Positions 45,760 through 57,403 are shown, numbered from the stretch's first letter. The stretch: 64,000 nucleotides of DNA from Candidatus Latescibacterota bacterium (GCA_038279365.1 JAYODI010000006.1:4354-68353), one strand, 5' to 3'. The notes: a model not told the origin generated them from the sequence alone. Translations and numbers: made by a program.

Positions 45760-47128
45760 AATTGCCATCAACCAATCGAATCAGCACCTCGCAATGCGGG
45801 GTGTGTGGAAACATATCTACCAACTGTCCATAATCTACCCGATAACCTGCCTCCGAGAGCACTTTGAGGTCTCGTCCCAAAGCCTGTGGATTACAAGAAA
45901 CATATACTATTTTTCGAGGACGCAACCCGATCAATGCCTGCAAGGCCTTTGGATGCATTCCCACCCTTGGCGGATCGGTAACTACCAAATCAAAGCGTTC
46001 GGTTTGCTCCGCCAATTGCCCCAACAGATCTTCTACTTGCCCAGCCATAAAAGCACAATTAGAGATTCCATTTTGAGCACTGTTTTGAATGGCATCTTGG
46101 ATGGATGCGTCTGATACTTCAATACCCAAAACCTGCTGAACACGTTCTGCCAAGAAAAAGGATATGCCCCCCATACCACAATACAAATCCAAAACCCGGT
46201 CCTGTGGTTGAGGGTTTGCCAAATCAACAACTCTTTGATAAAGTTTTTCCGCCTGATGGGTATTGGTCTGAAAAAAAGAACTGGGTGAAATTTCAAATGT
46301 AAATGTGCCCAATGTTTCAAAAATGTGATCCCGACTCGCCAAAGACACCTCTTCATCTCCAAAAGCAACCTGCGCTTTTCGCCGATTGATGCTATGGATC
46401 ACACATTTAACCTGCGGAAAAGTGTCTTGGAGCCCAAGAGACAATGCCTCTGCATCAGCAAAGTCTTCACCAGAGGTGGTCAATATAACCATGGTTTCAT
46501 CGGTATTTTTGCCTTCACGAATGGTTAAAAAACGCAACAAACCCTGATGGTGTTTGAGGTGGTAAACCGACAATTCACGATCACGCAAAAATTCTCGCAC
46601 ATAAGAGACTATGTCATTCGACAATTCAGATTGCAAATAACAGGCTTTCAGGTCAAATACATGATCAAAACGTCCGGGTATATGCAATCCCAAATCCATA
46701 CCACCGTCTTGGGAGATCCCAAAAGAAAATTCCATTTTATTGCGATAAAAAAAAGGGGTCTCCATAACCAATGGTTCTTCTAATTTGACATCAATACCCG
46801 ACGTAGCCAAACAGTGTTGAACCAACTGCAGCTTAATCTCCACCTGATCCACATAATTTACATCTTGCCAGACACATCCACCACAGGTTCCAAAGTGCTC
46901 ACAACGGGCTTCTGTGCGTTTTTTTTCTGCATCTAACAACTCAGTTTTACGAATCTCTACTTCCCGCTGTCGGTTGCGAACCTTTCGGATATACCCTCGA
47001 ATCAAATCTCCAGGAATGGCACCACGCACTTTCACAGTATAATCAGACCACAAACCGATGCCTTGTCCCTTCTCATCTATATGAGTAATTTTTACATCAA
47101 CAACTTCCCCACGACGTGGTTTTGCCAT
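45758..47128 (-). CDS. rlmD: 23S rRNA (uracil-5)-methyltransferase, RlmD/RumA family
   Basis: TRAM domain, CEHFGTCGGC, YRNKMEF, SFFQTN, DLYCG, DPPR, YVSCNP, DMFPHTPHCE. Confidence 0.92.
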   Translation of the reverse strand: MAKPRRGEVVDVKITHIDEKGQGIGLWSDYTVKVRGAIPGDLIRGYIRKVRNRQREVEIRKTELLDAEKKRTEARCEHFGTCGGCVWQDVNYVDQVEIKLQLVQHCLATSGIDVKLEEPLVMETPFFYRNKMEFSFGISQDGGMDLGLHIPGRFDHVFDLKACYLQSELSNDIVSYVREFLRDRELSVYHLKHHQGLLRFLTIREGKNTDETMVILTTSGEDFADAEALSLGLQDTFPQVKCVIHSINRRKAQVAFGDEEVSLASRDHIFETLGTFTFEISPSSFFQTNTHQAEKLYQRVVDLANPQPQDRVLDLYCGMGGISFFLAERVQQVLGIEVSDASIQDAIQNSAQNGISNCAFMAGQVEDLLGQLAEQTERFDLVVTDPPRVGMHPKALQALIGLRPRKIVYVSCNPQALGRDLKVLSEAGYRVDYGQLVDMFPHTPHCEVLIRLVDGN

Positions 47129-47139
47129 AGTATCCTCAC

Positions 47140-47175
47140 AAAAAAGGGCAAACTGAATAACATCAGTTTGCCCTT
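47140..47175 (-). terminator. alpha-operon terminator
   Basis: minus strand AAGGGCAAACTGA/TCAGTTTGCCCTT followed by a T tract after rplQ. Confidence 0.85.
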
Positions 47176-47207
47176 CTAATTTTGGTTCACACAAAGTGCT
47201 ATGCGTC

Positions 47208-47609
47208 TTATTTCTCTTCTGCCGCATCACTTGCTGGTGCTTCAACACGCGCTTCTTCACCAACGAGTTGGATCATACAAAGTTCTGTACTGTCACCGCG
47301 TCGAGGGCCAATTTTCAAAATGCGTGTATACCCACCCGACCGATCAGAAAAAGATGGGCCAATTTCATCACACAACTTTGACACAATTACTTTGTTGCGA
47401 ATACGACGCAAAATTTGGCGTCGAGCGGCCAAATCGCCACGCTTAGCAAATGTAATCAACCGCTCAGCAACACCACGCAATTCCTTTGCTTTGGGCAATG
47501 TGGTGCGAATGGTACCATGCTCAAATAAGGACGTTGCCATATTATTAAGCATTGCACGCTTGTGGCTTGCTGTGCGCCCGAGTTTACGTCCTTTTTGTCC
47601 GTGCCTCAT
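47208..47609 (-). CDS. rplQ: 50S ribosomal protein L17
   Basis: MRH...[17 protein letters not shown]. Confidence 0.99.
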   Translation of the reverse strand: MRHGQKGRKLGRTASHKRAMLNNMATSLFEHGTIRTTLPKAKELRGVAERLITFAKRGDLAARRQILRRIRNKVIVSKLCDEIGPSFSDRSGGYTRILKIGPRRGDSTELCMIQLVGEEARVEAPASDAAEEK

Positions 47610-47627
47610 AATATCTTCCTAACCTCA

Positions 47628-48644
47628 CTAAAATTCGTCTTCCAAAACCGCCATCTGTTCGGCATTTGCAGCAACATCGCTGTAGCTGTCAATGTCCATG
47701 CCAAAAGAAAGACCGAGCGTTTCGAGAATAGCATTGAGTTCATTGAGTGACTTACGCCCAAAGTTACGGAATTTGAGCATTTCTGTTTCTGGTTTTTGTA
47801 CCAAATCTTCAAGGGTGTTAATATTGGCCGCTTTCAAACAATTTGCCGAACGAACCGATAATTCCAACTCGTCAACTTGCATTTTTAACAAGTTTGCAAT
47901 GCGACGGGTTTCTTCATCAACCACCTCTGTTGGCTCTTCTTCGGGCTCATCTTCAAAGTTAATAAAGAGCTCTAAGTGATCCTTCAAAATTTTGGCAGCA
48001 TGAGAAACCGCATCATCGGGTCTAACAACCCCATTTGTCCAAATCTCCATTGCGAGTTTATCATAGTCTGTTTGCTGGCCAACGCGCGCATTGTCAACTT
48101 CGTAATGCACTTTACGAACAGGTGAAAATGCTGTGTCCAAAGCAATTGTGCCCATGGGTTGATCTGCACCCTTGTTTTGATCGGCCAAAACAAAACCACG
48201 ACCTTTCCCAATCGTCAACTCCATATCAAGCACACCATCTTTATCTAAGGTGGCAATATGCAATTCTGGGTTCATGACTTCCACATCGGCATCTACTTGC
48301 AGATCAGCCGCAGTCAAAGTGCCAGCACCTTCTTTTTTGATATGGATGACTTTGTCGTCGTCGGAGTGTACGCGCACACAAACTTCTTTAAGATTTAATA
48401 TAATTTCAGTTACGTCTTCAACAACCCCATCAATCACTGTAAATTCGTGTTGCACACCTTCGATTTTGGCTGCTTTTACAGCAGATCCTTCAATCGAAGA
48501 CAACAACACACGACGAAGTGCATTCCCTATGGTCGTTCCAAAACCACGCTCAAGTGGTTGAACCGTAAACTTCCCATATTCATGAGTGAGGGTATCTTCA
48601 TCAATTTGTACAGATCGGGGCATCTGGAAATTTTTCAATTTCAT
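47628..48644 (-). CDS. rpoA: RNA polymerase alpha subunit
   Basis: PLERGFGTTIGNALRRVLLSSI, ELSVRSANCL, NFGRKSL. Confidence 0.99.
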   Translation of the reverse strand: MKLKNFQMPRSVQIDEDTLTHEYGKFTVQPLERGFGTTIGNALRRVLLSSIEGSAVKAAKIEGVQHEFTVIDGVVEDVTEIILNLKEVCVRVHSDDDKVIHIKKEGAGTLTAADLQVDADVEVMNPELHIATLDKDGVLDMELTIGKGRGFVLADQNKGADQPMGTIALDTAFSPVRKVHYEVDNARVGQQTDYDKLAMEIWTNGVVRPDDAVSHAAKILKDHLELFINFEDEPEEEPTEVVDEETRRIANLLKMQVDELELSVRSANCLKAANINTLEDLVQKPETEMLKFRNFGRKSLNELNAILETLGLSFGMDIDSYSDVAANAEQMAVLEDEF

Positions 48645-48697
48645 AAAACAGACTCCTTGTGCATTATGCTGGTTGCACAACGTGTATCGAAAGCGAA

Positions 48698-49327
48698 TTA
48701 TTTAGAGTAAAGTTCGACGATAAGTTGTTCTTCAACTGGCGTTGGGATATCATCGCGTTGCGGATATTCCAAGATCGAACCACTCAAATTGGCCTTATCT
48801 ACCGACAACCAAGCGGCTTGACGGCCATCGCCAACACGTCTGAGCGCATCGTGAATAAGAGGAATCTGACGACTTTTTTCGCGAATCTGAACGGTCTCCC
48901 CAGGAGATACTTGAAAGGAGGGAATATCAACAAGTTGACCATTAACCGTTACATGGCGATGGCGCACCAACTGCCGAGCAGCCTTGCGTGATGGCGCAAA
49001 ACCCAACCGGTACAAAATATTGTCTAACCGGCATTCCAACAGTTGTAAGAGGACTTCGCCCGTAACACCTTTGCGACGCGCTGCATTGGTATAATAGGTG
49101 CGAAATTGATTTTCTAAAACGCCATAAATGCGCTTGGTTTTTTGTTTTTCACGTAACTGCAAAGCGTATTCTGAGGGTTTCCGGCGCATATTTTGCCCGT
49201 GCATCCCAGGTGCATAACTACGACGGTCAAATGCACATTTGTCAGAATGACACCGCGCGCCCTTCAGGAATAATTTCATACCTTCACGACGGCATAATTT
49301 ACAGTTGGCTTCCGTATACCTCGCCAT
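48698..49327 (-). CDS. rpsD: 30S ribosomal protein S4
   Basis: CKLCRREG, QLREKQK, LE.RLDN, IVELYSK. Confidence 0.99.
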   Translation of the reverse strand: MARYTEANCKLCRREGMKLFLKGARCHSDKCAFDRRSYAPGMHGQNMRRKPSEYALQLREKQKTKRIYGVLENQFRTYYTNAARRKGVTGEVLLQLLECRLDNILYRLGFAPSRKAARQLVRHRHVTVNGQLVDIPSFQVSPGETVQIREKSRQIPLIHDALRRVGDGRQAAWLSVDKANLSGSILEYPQRDDIPTPVEEQLIVELYSK

Positions 49328-49364
49328 TCAGATCTTCTCCTCGGTTCAGTCAATTTGCAAAAAG

Positions 49365-49751
49365 TTATACGCGACGCCGTTTTGGCGGGCGACAACCATT
49401 GTGCGGAATAGGGGTCACATCTTTAATTGCAGAAATTTCTAAGCCCGCACCTTGTAGTGAACGGACTGCGGCCTCACGCCCCACGCCTGGGCCTTTAACC
49501 CAAACTTCTACGCGGCGCAACCCCATCGACATCGCCACACGAGCAGCATCAGTGGCCGCCATTTGTGCAGCATATGGGGTACTCTTTTTAGAGCCTTTAA
49601 AACCTACTTTTCCCGTTGATGACCACGAAATAACTTCACCTTCGCGATCGGTTAGGGTAACAATCGTATTATTAAAACTGGCATTGACATGCGCAACGCC
49701 GTTGGCATCGACACGTTTTGTACGACGCTTTGTTCCTGTTCTTGGTGGCAA
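49365..49751 (-). CDS. rpsK: 30S ribosomal protein S11
   Basis: [33 protein letters not shown] start. Confidence 0.99.
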   Translation of the reverse strand: MPPRTGTKRRTKRVDANGVAHVNASFNNTIVTLTDREGEVISWSSTGKVGFKGSKKSTPYAAQMAATDAARVAMSMGLRRVEVWVKGPGVGREAAVRSLQGAGLEISAIKDVTPIPHNGCRPPKRRRV

Positions 49752-49784
49752 CCGACTCCTCCTTGTGCGCTAAAACCTAAAGGT

Positions 49785-50156
49785 TTAGCCCTTTTTTCGA
49801 CCTATTTGGCCTTTCTTTGGCCCTTTTCGAGTGCGAGCATTGGTACGCGTACGCTGTCCACGAACCGGTAAACCTCTTCGCCAGCGAAGCCCTCGATAAC
49901 ACCCAATATCCATCAATCGCTTAATATTCATAGCGGTTTCGCTACGTAAGTTACCTTCAACTTTATAACCGCCTTCAATCACCGAACGCAACTTGGCCAC
50001 ATCGTCTTCGGACAAAGATGAAACACGCGTTTCTGGTGAAATTTGTGCTTGTGACAAAATTTTACGCGACGAGCTTGGCCCTATGCCAAAAATGTAAGTC
50101 AACGCCACGACAACACGTTTTTCTCTTGGAATATCGACACCAGCAATTCGTGCCAT
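49785..50156 (-). CDS. rpsM: 30S ribosomal protein S13
   Basis: [28 protein letters not shown]. Confidence 0.99.
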   Translation of the reverse strand: MARIAGVDIPREKRVVVALTYIFGIGPSSSRKILSQAQISPETRVSSLSEDDVAKLRSVIEGGYKVEGNLRSETAMNIKRLMDIGCYRGLRWRRGLPVRGQRTRTNARTRKGPKKGQIGRKKG

Positions 50157-50190
50157 TCATTTACCCCTAAAATTGATGAAAAGTTTTCAA

Positions 50191-50307
50191 TTAACCTTGG
50201 CGTTGCTTGTGACGCGGATTGATTTTGCAAATAACACGAACAACTCCACGACGCCGAATGACTTTACAATGATTACAGCGTTTACGAACAGAAGACTGCA
50301 CTTTCAT
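50191..50307 (-). CDS. rpmJ: 50S ribosomal protein L36 (below the ORF-track length cutoff)
   Basis: manual translation [38 protein letters not shown]. Confidence 0.98.
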   Translation of the reverse strand: MKVQSSVRKRCNHCKVIRRRGVVRVICKINPRHKQRQG

Positions 50308-50330
50308 GATAACACTCCCTTAAGTGACGC

Positions 50331-51671
50331 CTAACCGCGACGACCTTTGATTCGACCTTTTTTCATAAATCCATCATAGTGGCGCATCAGCAAATGAGAT
50401 TCAACTTGTTGCAATGTGTCCAATGCCACACCAACCATAATGAGCAAGCCCGTTCCACCAAAAACTTGTTCTAAACCAGGATGCACACCCAAATAGTTGA
50501 TGACAAAAAATGGTGCCACTGCAATTGCTGCCAAAAATACAGAACCCGGTAAATTGATACGGGTTAAGACATGATCTATATATTCCGCTGTTTTCTTACC
50601 CGGGCGCACACCAGGGATAAAACCACCCTGACGTTTCATATTGTCGGCCAAATCAATCGGGTTAAAAACAATTGCCGTATAAAAATAAGCAAAGAATATA
50701 ACCAAAATGCTGTAAATACTCCAGTATGGAAATGATTGCCAAGTCATACTGGGTGAAAACGAAGCTGCCAAATTTTGCATAAACTCATTCCCTGGCGCAA
50801 ACCCTGCTAACGTGGCCGGTAAAAACATAATGGCCTGTGCAAAAATAATGGGCATCACACCCGAAGTGTTAACTTTTAATGGGATGTGGGTACTTTGCCC
50901 ACCATAAACGCGCCGTCCAACAACGCGTTTGGCATATTGAACGGGGATTTTCCTCGAACCTTGTGTGATCAGTACAACCAATCCCGTAACAATGACAATG
51001 AGAATAACCACAAGCAATTCTAATAAAATGCTTTTGTCATTTGTAACAAAATCCAAATATTCCATCCGCACCACATAAGGCAGTGCTGCAATAATACCAA
51101 TAAAAATGATCAGAGACATTCCGTTACCAATACCATGCGAGTCAATCTGTTCGCCCAACCACATAATGAACACAGTACCCGCAGTAATGGTCAACACTGT
51201 CAACAACCGAAATCCCCACCCATGATACAAAACGACATGAGAACCTGTTTCTGGAGATTGGAGACTTTCCAAGAAGAAACTAACACCCAGCGACTGCGCA
51301 GCAGCAAGTGCCACGGTGCCATATCGGGTAAACTGCATAATCTTCTTGCGACCGGCTTCGCCCTCTTTTTGCAATTTTTGTAGGGTTGGTACCACGGCAC
51401 CCATTAATTGTAAAATAATGGACGCACTGATATAGGGCATGATACCCAATGCAAACACAGTTGCACGCGTAAAAGCCCCACCTACAAACATGTCATAAAG
51501 GCCGAATAAACTGTTTCCGGCCCCAGCAAAAAACTCCGTCAGCGCAACCCGATCAATACCAGGAATAGGTATTTGACCGCCTAAGCGATAGATTGCCAAA
51601 ATGCCCAAAGTGAACAACACTTTATTACGCAATTCTGGTATCTTAAAAATACTCTTAATACTTTCGAGCAA
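50331..51671 (-). CDS. secY: preprotein translocase subunit SecY
   Basis: FALGIMPYISASII, GIGNGMSLIIF, FIPGVRPG, GGTGLLI; TTG start after GGAGGAG. Confidence 0.99.
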   Translation of the reverse strand: MLESIKSIFKIPELRNKVLFTLGILAIYRLGGQIPIPGIDRVALTEFFAGAGNSLFGLYDMFVGGAFTRATVFALGIMPYISASIILQLMGAVVPTLQKLQKEGEAGRKKIMQFTRYGTVALAAAQSLGVSFFLESLQSPETGSHVVLYHGWGFRLLTVLTITAGTVFIMWLGEQIDSHGIGNGMSLIIFIGIIAALPYVVRMEYLDFVTNDKSILLELLVVILIVIVTGLVVLITQGSRKIPVQYAKRVVGRRVYGGQSTHIPLKVNTSGVMPIIFAQAIMFLPATLAGFAPGNEFMQNLAASFSPSMTWQSFPYWSIYSILVIFFAYFYTAIVFNPIDLADNMKRQGGFIPGVRPGKKTAEYIDHVLTRINLPGSVFLAAIAVAPFFVINYLGVHPGLEQVFGGTGLLIMVGVALDTLQQVESHLLMRHYDGFMKKGRIKGRRG

Positions 51672-51696
51672 CGTCTCCTCCCGCCAACCAAGTGCC

Positions 51697-52164
51697 TTAG
51701 TCGTCTTCTCCATCAGGGCCTATAGCTACTGTAACCACTTGGCCACCAGCCTTAACGATTTTCTCTGTTGCAGACGCCGAAACGGCCTGCACCTTAACTT
51801 GTAATGCTTGTGTCACATCACCCCGACCCAATATTTTCACTGGACGGTTTTTTGAAGATATAAGCCCAGCTTTTTTGAGAATTGACGGTGTAATTTCACC
51901 CGAAAGTTCTTTGCGTGCCAAATCACCGAGATTGACAACCTGATAAACAGTACCAAATGGGTTGTTAAAACCCACTTTAGGTAAGCGTTGTTGCAAAGGC
52001 ATTTGCCCACCCTCAAACCAAGCATGGTGTTTTGCACCTGAGCGTGCTTTTTGCCCTTTATGCCCTTTACCTGCTGTTTTTCCTTGTCCAGAGCCAACCC
52101 CAATACCCAAACGCTTGCTCTTTTTGACAGCTCCCTTAGGTGGAGCCAATTGACCCAATTTCAT
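51697..52164 (-). CDS. rplO: 50S ribosomal protein L15
   Basis: GKTAGKGHKGQKARSG, FEGGQMPL. Confidence 0.99.
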   Translation of the reverse strand: MKLGQLAPPKGAVKKSKRLGIGVGSGQGKTAGKGHKGQKARSGAKHHAWFEGGQMPLQQRLPKVGFNNPFGTVYQVVNLGDLARKELSGEITPSILKKAGLISSKNRPVKILGRGDVTQALQVKVQAVSASATEKIVKAGGQVVTVAIGPDGEDD

Positions 52165-52187
52165 TTTTAATACCCCAAAACCAGTTT

Positions 52188-52373
52188 TTAGGATGCTTCC
52201 TCAACATGAACTAAGTGAGATACAACATTGATCATTCCGCGAATCTCTGGTGTATCTTTTTGCTCTACAGAGTGCCGAATGCGGCGTATGCCCAAAGCTT
52301 CTAATGTTTGTGCTTGTTTTTTTGGGCGCTTAATAGCACTTCGTGTCTGCGTAATTCGCAAGGTACCTGCCAT
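52188..52373 (-). CDS. rpmD: 50S ribosomal protein L30
   Basis: [18 protein letters not shown]. Confidence 0.98.
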   Translation of the reverse strand: MAGTLRITQTRSAIKRPKKQAQTLEALGIRRIRHSVEQKDTPEIRGMINVVSHLVHVEEAS

Positions 52374-52379
52374 AAGTCA

Positions 52380-52895
52380 TTATCCTCGTGCTGGAATCAA
52401 ATCTTTCTCATCAAGGCCGCGAAGCTGTGCAACATTTTTTGCATCACGCAGGTTCATCAACCCAATCAATGTAGCCTTCACAGCATTTTGCGGATTCTGC
52501 GCCCCCAATGACTTTGTCAAGACATTGTGAACCCCCGCCAGCTCTAATACCGCCCGAACACCACCACCAGCAATAATACCAGTACCGGGTGCGGCGGGTT
52601 TTAGCAAAACGCGCGCAGCACCAAAACGGCCGATAATATCGTGGGGCAATGTCCCATCAACAACTGGCACCCGCACCAAATTCTTTTTGGCATCGTCCGT
52701 TGCTTTACGGATCGCTTCGGAAACTTCGCCTGCTTTTCCGGTGCCTACACCAACAACATTGTTCTTGTCACCGACAACAACCAATGCGTTAAAAGCAAAG
52801 CGTCTACCACCTTTGCGCACATGAGATACGCGCTTGATGCTGTTGTTGATCACAATTTCTGTTAAATCAAGTCCAGTTGGATCGATTCTGGCCAA
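52380..52895 (-). CDS. rpsE: 30S ribosomal protein S5
   Basis: [22 protein letters not shown] start after AAGGAG. Confidence 0.99.
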   Translation of the reverse strand: MARIDPTGLDLTEIVINNSIKRVSHVRKGGRRFAFNALVVVGDKNNVVGVGTGKAGEVSEAIRKATDDAKKNLVRVPVVDGTLPHDIIGRFGAARVLLKPAAPGTGIIAGGGVRAVLELAGVHNVLTKSLGAQNPQNAVKATLIGLMNLRDAKNVAQLRGLDEKDLIPARG

Positions 52896-52908
52896 CGTGT
52901 ACTCCTTT

Positions 52909-53283
52909 TTAAAGTTGCAAACCGCCCTCACGGGCACCTTCTGCCAATGCTTTCACCCGACCGTGATAAAGGTATCCACCACGATCAAAAACTGCCTGAG
53001 CAATACCCGCTTCTTTTGCTTTCGCGGCCAGTGCTTTACCCACTTCTCGGCTCTTGTCACACTTGCTACCCAAATTTTGCAAAACATCCCGCAAATCTTT
53101 GGAATTAGATGATACACCCAATAACGCTTGCCCTGTTGCATCATCTATCAAATGAGCATGAATGTGTTTCAAGCTGCGAAAAACCGCCAAGCGAGGGCGC
53201 ACCGCAGTGCCATTTACCTTGTTTCTTATGCGCAATTTTCGACGTGTGCGCATCGCACGTTTTTTCGAATCATTATTCGCCAT
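52909..53283 (-). CDS. rplR: 50S ribosomal protein L18
   Basis: [25 protein letters not shown]. Confidence 0.99.
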   Translation of the reverse strand: MANNDSKKRAMRTRRKLRIRNKVNGTAVRPRLAVFRSLKHIHAHLIDDATGQALLGVSSNSKDLRDVLQNLGSKCDKSREVGKALAAKAKEAGIAQAVFDRGGYLYHGRVKALAEGAREGGLQL

Positions 53284-53300
53284 GGAGCTTATCCTAACAA

Positions 53301-53864
53301 TTACGCAGCAGTCTTACCAGCTTTACGCCGCACATGTTCATCAATATACCGAATGCCTTTGCCTTTGTAGGGCTCAGGAGGACGGATGCCTCTAATATTA
53401 GCGGCAGTGCGCCCCACAAGTTCTTTATCTGCACCAGAAACCTTCACCAAAGCCTGAGCACTTTCAATACCTGCTGGCGCCCCCTCTACACTAAACACAA
53501 TGCCTTCGGGCGCTTCAACCACAACAGGATGACTAAAACCCAAACTCATATCTAAGTTTTTGCCCTTTATCTCAGCGCGATATCCAACACCAACAACAAC
53601 CAAGCCTCTATCAAAGCCTTCTGATACGCCAGTGATGGCATTGACCAACAATGCACGGGTCAGGCCCCACAAAGCACGTTGCTTGCGATCTTTGGGGTTT
53701 TGAACAGTAACGGTCAACTCACCACCGTCTTGTCCAATCCTTACTTCCTTGTTCAAAGGTACTTCTAAGTTGCCCTTAGGACCTTTTACTTGCGCCAAAT
53801 CTGGGCCAAGCTTAACATCAACACCGCTGGGCACCGAGATGGGGTTTTTTCCAACTCGCGACAC
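53301..53864 (-). CDS. rplF: 50S ribosomal protein L6
   Basis: MSRVGK, GVGYRA, PEPYKGKGIRY. Confidence 0.99.
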   Translation of the reverse strand: MSRVGKNPISVPSGVDVKLGPDLAQVKGPKGNLEVPLNKEVRIGQDGGELTVTVQNPKDRKQRALWGLTRALLVNAITGVSEGFDRGLVVVGVGYRAEIKGKNLDMSLGFSHPVVVEAPEGIVFSVEGAPAGIESAQALVKVSGADKELVGRTAANIRGIRPPEPYKGKGIRYIDEHVRRKAGKTAA

Positions 53865-53880
53865 GTTATGACTCCTTCGT

Positions 53881-54276
53881 TTACCAAACGCTACAGATTA
53901 ATTCGCCACCAACACCAGCTTTACGTGCGTCGGTACCTGTTATAATACCCTTAGATGTCGAAAGAATGGCAACACCCAAGCCGTTGAGAACGCGTGGAAT
54001 ATCATCTTTTCCCACATAATTGCGCAACCCAGGTCGACTTTCACGTTGCACACCTTGAATGGCACATTGTTCTTCAGAGTTATATTTCAGATAAAGCCGC
54101 AAATATCCCTGACGATTGTCATCAACATATGCATAATTATGAATAAAGCCACCATCTTTTAAGATTCGTGCAATTTCCCGTTTGATCTTTGAACTTGGGA
54201 TATCAACTTTTCGATGGCCAGCCTTGCATGCGTTTCGCACGCGTGTGAGCAAATCCGCAATAGGATCAGTCATCAT
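53881..54276 (-). CDS. rpsH: 30S ribosomal protein S8
   Basis: TDPIADLLTRVRNA, SRPGLR, STSKG. Confidence 0.99.
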   Translation of the reverse strand: MMTDPIADLLTRVRNACKAGHRKVDIPSSKIKREIARILKDGGFIHNYAYVDDNRQGYLRLYLKYNSEEQCAIQGVQRESRPGLRNYVGKDDIPRVLNGLGVAILSTSKGIITGTDARKAGVGGELICSVW

Positions 54277-54291
54277 GATACGTATATCCTC

Positions 54292-54477
54292 CTACCAACT
54301 GGCCTTAGTGACGCCAGGGATTTCCCCAGCCAATGCCAAATCTCTAAAACAAATACGACACACACCAAATTTGCGCAAAAACGCTCTGGGTCGCCCACAT
54401 CGGTGACACCGATTGTATTGACGAACTGAAAATTTTTGTTTGCGTTTGGCTTTGGCGATCATTGATTTTTTTGCCAT
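54292..54477 (-). CDS. rpsN: 30S ribosomal protein S14 type Z
   Basis: RCHRCGR...[15 protein letters not shown]. Confidence 0.99.
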   Translation of the reverse strand: MAKKSMIAKAKRKQKFSVRQYNRCHRCGRPRAFLRKFGVCRICFRDLALAGEIPGVTKASW

Positions 54478-54496
54478 GAGATACAAACACCCTTTC

Positions 54497-55063
54497 TCAC
54501 GCGGCTTCAGAAGCCTGATTCTGATTTTGGAAAGGCATCCCCAAACGGGTCAAAAGCTCAAGAGCCTCTTCGTCTGATTGGGCCGTCGTTACAAATGTGA
54601 TATCCATCCCTCTGATTTTATCGATTTTATCGTAATCAATCTCGGGAAAGATGATTTGCTCGCGAATTCCTAATGTATAATTCCCACGGCCATCAAAAGA
54701 ACGGGTTGAAAGGCCTCGGAAATCTCGAATACGCGGCGTTGAAAAATTAAAAAAACGATCTATAAATTCATACATTCTGTCACGTCGAAGGGTTACCATA
54801 CAACCAATGGGCATTCCTTGGCGAAGTTTAAAATTCGACACGGCTTTTTTGGCACGTCGAATGGAGGGTTTTTGACCCGTAATGGCCGTCAAATCTTCCA
54901 CTGCCCCTTCAATGGCTTTGGAATTTTGCACGGCTTCACCAACACCCATGTTGATAACAACCTTCTCCAAGCGAGGAATCTGCATCGCGCTTTTATAAGC
55001 GAAACGCTCCATCAGCTGAGGTGCTACCTCTTTTTCGTAAAATTCTTGTAATCTAACAGCCAT
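54497..55063 (-). CDS. rplE: 50S ribosomal protein L5
   Basis: [30 protein letters not shown]. Confidence 0.99.
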   Translation of the reverse strand: MAVRLQEFYEKEVAPQLMERFAYKSAMQIPRLEKVVINMGVGEAVQNSKAIEGAVEDLTAITGQKPSIRRAKKAVSNFKLRQGMPIGCMVTLRRDRMYEFIDRFFNFSTPRIRDFRGLSTRSFDGRGNYTLGIREQIIFPEIDYDKIDKIRGMDITFVTTAQSDEEALELLTRLGMPFQNQNQASEAA

Positions 55064-55079
55064 ATTCCCCTCGAGAAAC

Positions 55080-55406
55080 TTAAACAGCGTTTGGAATCTG
55101 TTCGCCACTTTTCACTGAAATGCGCACACGAGAACCATCACCAAGTTGTTGACCACGAACGCGCGTGCGTTCATCTGTCTGTGGGTCAATCAACATCAAT
55201 TTAGACAGGTGCAAAGGTGCTTCTTTTTCAATGATGCCCCCTTGCTGGTTATTTTGATTTGGGCGCGTATGGCGCTTGACATTGTTAACACCTTCAACCA
55301 AAGCTCTTTGTTTGTCAGGAAAAACCCGCAAAACTTTGCCACGCTGTCCAGCATTAACACCACTGATTACTTCTACTTGATCACCTGTTCGAATTCTGGC
55401 TTTCAC
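55080..55406 (-). CDS. rplX: 50S ribosomal protein L24
   Basis: KOW motif [20 protein letters not shown]. Confidence 0.99.
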   Translation of the reverse strand: MKARIRTGDQVEVISGVNAGQRGKVLRVFPDKQRALVEGVNNVKRHTRPNQNNQQGGIIEKEAPLHLSKLMLIDPQTDERTRVRGQQLGDGSRVRISVKSGEQIPNAV

Positions 55407-55422
55407 AATATCAAACCTTTCG

Positions 55423-55791
55423 TCAAATTACCTCAGGTGCCAGAGATACGATACGCATAAATTGTTTTTCTCGCAATTCGCGTGCAACTGGCCCAAAGAT
55501 TCGCGTCCCACGGGGTTCACCATCTGGGGTAACCAAAACAGCAGCATTGTCGTCAAACCGAATATAAGAACCATCAGGTCTGCGCACTTCTTTTTTGGTT
55601 CTAACCACCACAGCACGAGCAACGTCGCCTTTTTTAACGGCACTATTGGGTTGAGCGTCTTTTACTGCCACAACAATGGTATCACCAAGTCTTGCATATC
55701 TCTTCTTGGAACCTCCCAAGACACGAAAACACATAACTTTGCGTGCACCAGAATTGTCGGCACAAGTTAATACAGAATATTCTTGAATCAT
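55423..55791 (-). CDS. rplN: 50S ribosomal protein L14
   Basis: [26 protein letters not shown]. Confidence 0.99.
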   Translation of the reverse strand: MIQEYSVLTCADNSGARKVMCFRVLGGSKKRYARLGDTIVVAVKDAQPNSAVKKGDVARAVVVRTKKEVRRPDGSYIRFDDNAAVLVTPDGEPRGTRIFGPVARELREKQFMRIVSLAPEVI

Positions 55792-55806
55792 GATTTCACC
55801 ACGTTC

Positions 55807-56073
55807 CTATTGTGCTTTTTTGACAATTTCAGAAAGACGCCAACATTTGGTTTTACTCAAAGGGCGTGTCTCAGTCACCATGACCGTATCACCGATTCTG
55901 GCTTCGTTATTTTCATCATGAGCTGCCAACTTAGAACTGCGTTGAACAACTTTTCCATAAAGCGGATGTGGAACCCGCCGACTGATTTTGACAATAATCG
56001 TTTTGTTCGACTTGTCGCTCACCACTAGTCCAATCCGCGTTTTTTTGCGACCGCGAGTTTGCGCTTCGGCCAT
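55807..56073 (-). CDS. rpsQ: 30S ribosomal protein S17
   Basis: [22 protein letters not shown]. Confidence 0.99.
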   Translation of the reverse strand: MAEAQTRGRKKTRIGLVVSDKSNKTIIVKISRRVPHPLYGKVVQRSSKLAAHDENNEARIGDTVMVTETRPLSKTKCWRLSEIVKKAQ

Positions 56074-56119
56074 ACTGGTTCATCTCCTTAGATCACAACT
56101 TTAAATCGACGCTCAAATT

Positions 56120-56305
56120 TTATTGTTGCTCGCGCAAGATCGTTTTCAAACGAGCCAGTTCACGTCGCGTTTCTCTGACCAAAAGTGGGTTTTCCAACTG
56201 ACGGGTGGTCAGCTGAATACGCATGTTGGCCAATTCTGCTTCTTGTTCTTGAATTTTTTCCCGAATATCACCGGGGCTTAAATCTCTAATTTCACTGGGT
56301 TTCAT
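56120..56305 (-). CDS. rpmC: 50S ribosomal protein L29
   Basis: [21 protein letters not shown]. Confidence 0.98.
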   Translation of the reverse strand: MKPSEIRDLSPGDIREKIQEQEAELANMRIQLTTRQLENPLLVRETRRELARLKTILREQQ

Positions 56306-56718
56306 TCTTCATGACTCCGTTCAACAAACCGCACTTTAATCGGCAACTTTCGACCAGCCAATTGGATGGCACGTTGTGCACTTTCGCGCGGTACGCCTTC
56401 AATTTCAAACATAATACGTGCAGGCTTCACAACCGAAACCCAATATTCAGGATTGCCTTTGCCTTTACCCATGCGGGTTTCAGCAGGTTTGATGGTGATG
56501 GGTTTATCTGGAAAGATACGAATCCAAACCTTACCACCGCGCCCAAGTGAACGGCTAATGGCCACGCGAGCAGCTTCTATTTGCCGGCTGGTAATCCATC
56601 CAGCCTCCACAGCTTGCATCCCAAACTCACCAAAAGCAATATATGCCCCACCTTTGGTCATTCCTGTACGGCGCCCACGTTGTTGTTTGCGCCACTTTAC
56701 GCGTTTTGGCATTAACAT
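56302..56718 (-). CDS. rplP: 50S ribosomal protein L16
   Basis: [22 protein letters not shown]. Confidence 0.99.
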   Translation of the reverse strand: MLMPKRVKWRKQQRGRRTGMTKGGAYIAFGEFGMQAVEAGWITSRQIEAARVAISRSLGRGGKVWIRIFPDKPITIKPAETRMGKGKGNPEYWVSVVKPARIMFEIEGVPRESAQRAIQLAGRKLPIKVRFVERSHEE

Positions 56719-56746
56719 AAAAAATTACTCCCTATCCCCAAAAACT

Positions 56747-57403
56747 CTAATTTTGCTGTGGGTTTACAGCTTCTTTGCCCATTTTTTCACCGTGGCAGAT
56801 CCATACCTTAACTCCTACTGCACCTGAAGTCGTAAATGCCGTAGCTTGTGCATATTCAATGTCTGCACGTAAAGTATGAAGAGGAACCCGACCAGCAGGC
56901 TCCGATTTTTCAACACGCGACATTTCGGCACCACCCAATCGGCCACTGCACACGATCTTAATGCCTTCTGCGCCCATCCGAACCGCTGACGCAACTGACT
57001 TTTTCATGGCGCGTCGAAACGAAACACGAGATTCTAGTTGGCGTGCGATGTTGTCGGCAACCAACTGAGCATTGAGTTCAGGACGTTTAATTTCATTAAT
57101 GTTGATATAGATTTCTTTACCTGTCAGGTGCTTTAATTCGTCCCGCAACTTATCAACTTCAGTGCCTTTGCGCCCAATCACAATACCAGGACGTGCGGTA
57201 TTAATGGTAATTGTCACGCGCTTAGGGGCACGCTCAATTTCAACCAAAGCCACACTGGCTCGTTGTAAACGGCTTTTCACATAACGCCGCAACATTAAAT
57301 CTTCTTGCAATAACTTTGGAAATTCTCGACCGGCAAACCAACGAGAGTTCCAATCTTTTACGATGCCTAATCTTATCCCGGTGGGATGTGTTTTTTGGCC
57401 CAA
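56747..57403 (-). CDS. rpsC: 30S ribosomal protein S3
   Basis: [33 protein letters not shown] start. Confidence 0.99.
   Translation of the reverse strand: MGQKTHPTGIRLGIVKDWNSRWFAGREFPKLLQEDLMLRRYVKSRLQRASVALVEIERAPKRVTITINTARPGIVIGRKGTEVDKLRDELKHLTGKEIYININEIKRPELNAQLVADNIARQLESRVSFRRAMKKSVASAVRMGAEGIKIVCSGRLGGAEMSRVEKSEPAGRVPLHTLRADIEYAQATAFTTSGAVGVKVWICHGEKMGKEAVNPQQN

Noticed and set aside
48698-54477. Zinc-binding forms of S4, S14 and L36, and the short insertion in L6
   Set aside because: Common variants; useful for taxonomy but not unusual.
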